Below are positions 63,110 to 64,000 of a stretch of DNA of 64,000 nt, one piece after another. The translations under genes and the position numbers were made by a program. This DNA comes from Octopus sinensis. Lineage: Eukaryota. The DNA lies in contig NC_042999.1 in the NCBI RefSeq assembly GCF_006345805.1, forward strand, positions 156,860,001-156,924,000, given 5' to 3'. Position 1 is the first letter of the stretch. Every line of letters starts with the position of its first letter. The notes under the pieces are model-generated. The model was not told the DNA's origin. It saw nothing but the letters and a program-made list of their open reading frames with translations, and ran no database searches.

Positions 63110-63516
63110 TCTCTTTACTCTCTTTTATTTGTTTCAGTCATTTGACTGCGGCCATGCTGGAGCACTGCCTTTAATCGAGCAACTCGACCCCGGGACTTAT
63201 TCTTTGGAAGCTCAGTACTTATTCTATCGGTCTCTTTTGCTGAACCGCTAAGTGACGGGGACATAAACACACCAGCATCGGTTGTCAAGCAATGCTAGGG
63301 GGACAAACACAGACACACAAACATACATGCACACATATATATATACATATATACGACGGGCTTCTTTCAGTTTCCATCTACCAAATCCACTCACAAGGCT
63401 TTGGTCGGCCTGAGGCTATAGTAGAAGACACTTGCCCAAGATGCCACGCAGTGGGACTGAACCCGGAACCATGTGGTTGGTAAGCAAGTAACTTACCACA
63501 CAGCCACTCCTGCGTC
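63110..63516 (-). mobile_element. SINE family A
   Basis: As 19127-19610. Confidence 0.92.
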
Positions 63517-64000
63517 TATGTATAATTAATTATAATAATAGAATCATTGCCTGGACAAAAGTAGACTAGAATGAAAAATGTGAGTGCAGAATCCTAGAAT
63601 ATACCTAAATTTTGAACTGGGAAGTACAGAACAAGCAATAATTAAGCTTTGAAAAGTGCAGGACAAGAAGGAAAAAACATTAAAATTTTGCTACTAAAGT
63701 TAAACTTTAAAAACTAAAATAGTAATAAATGTCATTTTATATTTTTATTTTTACTTAAAAGTTTAATTTAAAATACTCAAGAAACTATTTATTTTCAATT
63801 TTAGTGAAAAGACTAATTGCTTGCAAGTTTACACATTAAAAAATTGATATCAGAAATTTATACATTTAAAAAATCACATTATTGCAATTTAAGTAAAATT
63901 GACAGCTATAAACCCTAGGTTTTTAAAAAAAATAGTTAGGGAGTCATTTCTACATTTTGCACTCAATTTGATCATTAGCCTTCATTTTTTAAAAATATTT

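Overview
AT-rich, microsatellite-dense eukaryotic DNA. The SINE and RTE LINE families resemble those of octopus (recognised from memory, so this is an inference). There is no intact host gene, rRNA, true tRNA or CRISPR array. A few short plus-strand segments with good splice sites and matching phases suggest the window may be long introns of an unidentified gene. Most recognisable sequence is transposon-derived: a full-length but dead Tc1 (DD34E, IR/DR ends), hAT, maT-like, pogo, Merlin and piggyBac-like relics, Helitron pieces, a CR1-type LINE, many RTE pieces (one young copy with a PHD-like finger inside the RT), several tRNA-derived SINE families and Penelope-like (PLE) fragments. The main result is about 8 type I hammerhead-ribozyme (HHR) motifs plus 3 decayed ones, found by eye. 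They have palindromic stem III and often a long stem II, and show different bases at core positions 3 and 8 (C:G, U:A, G:C, U.G). Most lie in short non-coding elements built from inverted plus direct repeats that end in microsatellites. The best case (18316-19082) could release a 488-nt self-cleaved monomer. None of the folding or activity has been computed or tested.
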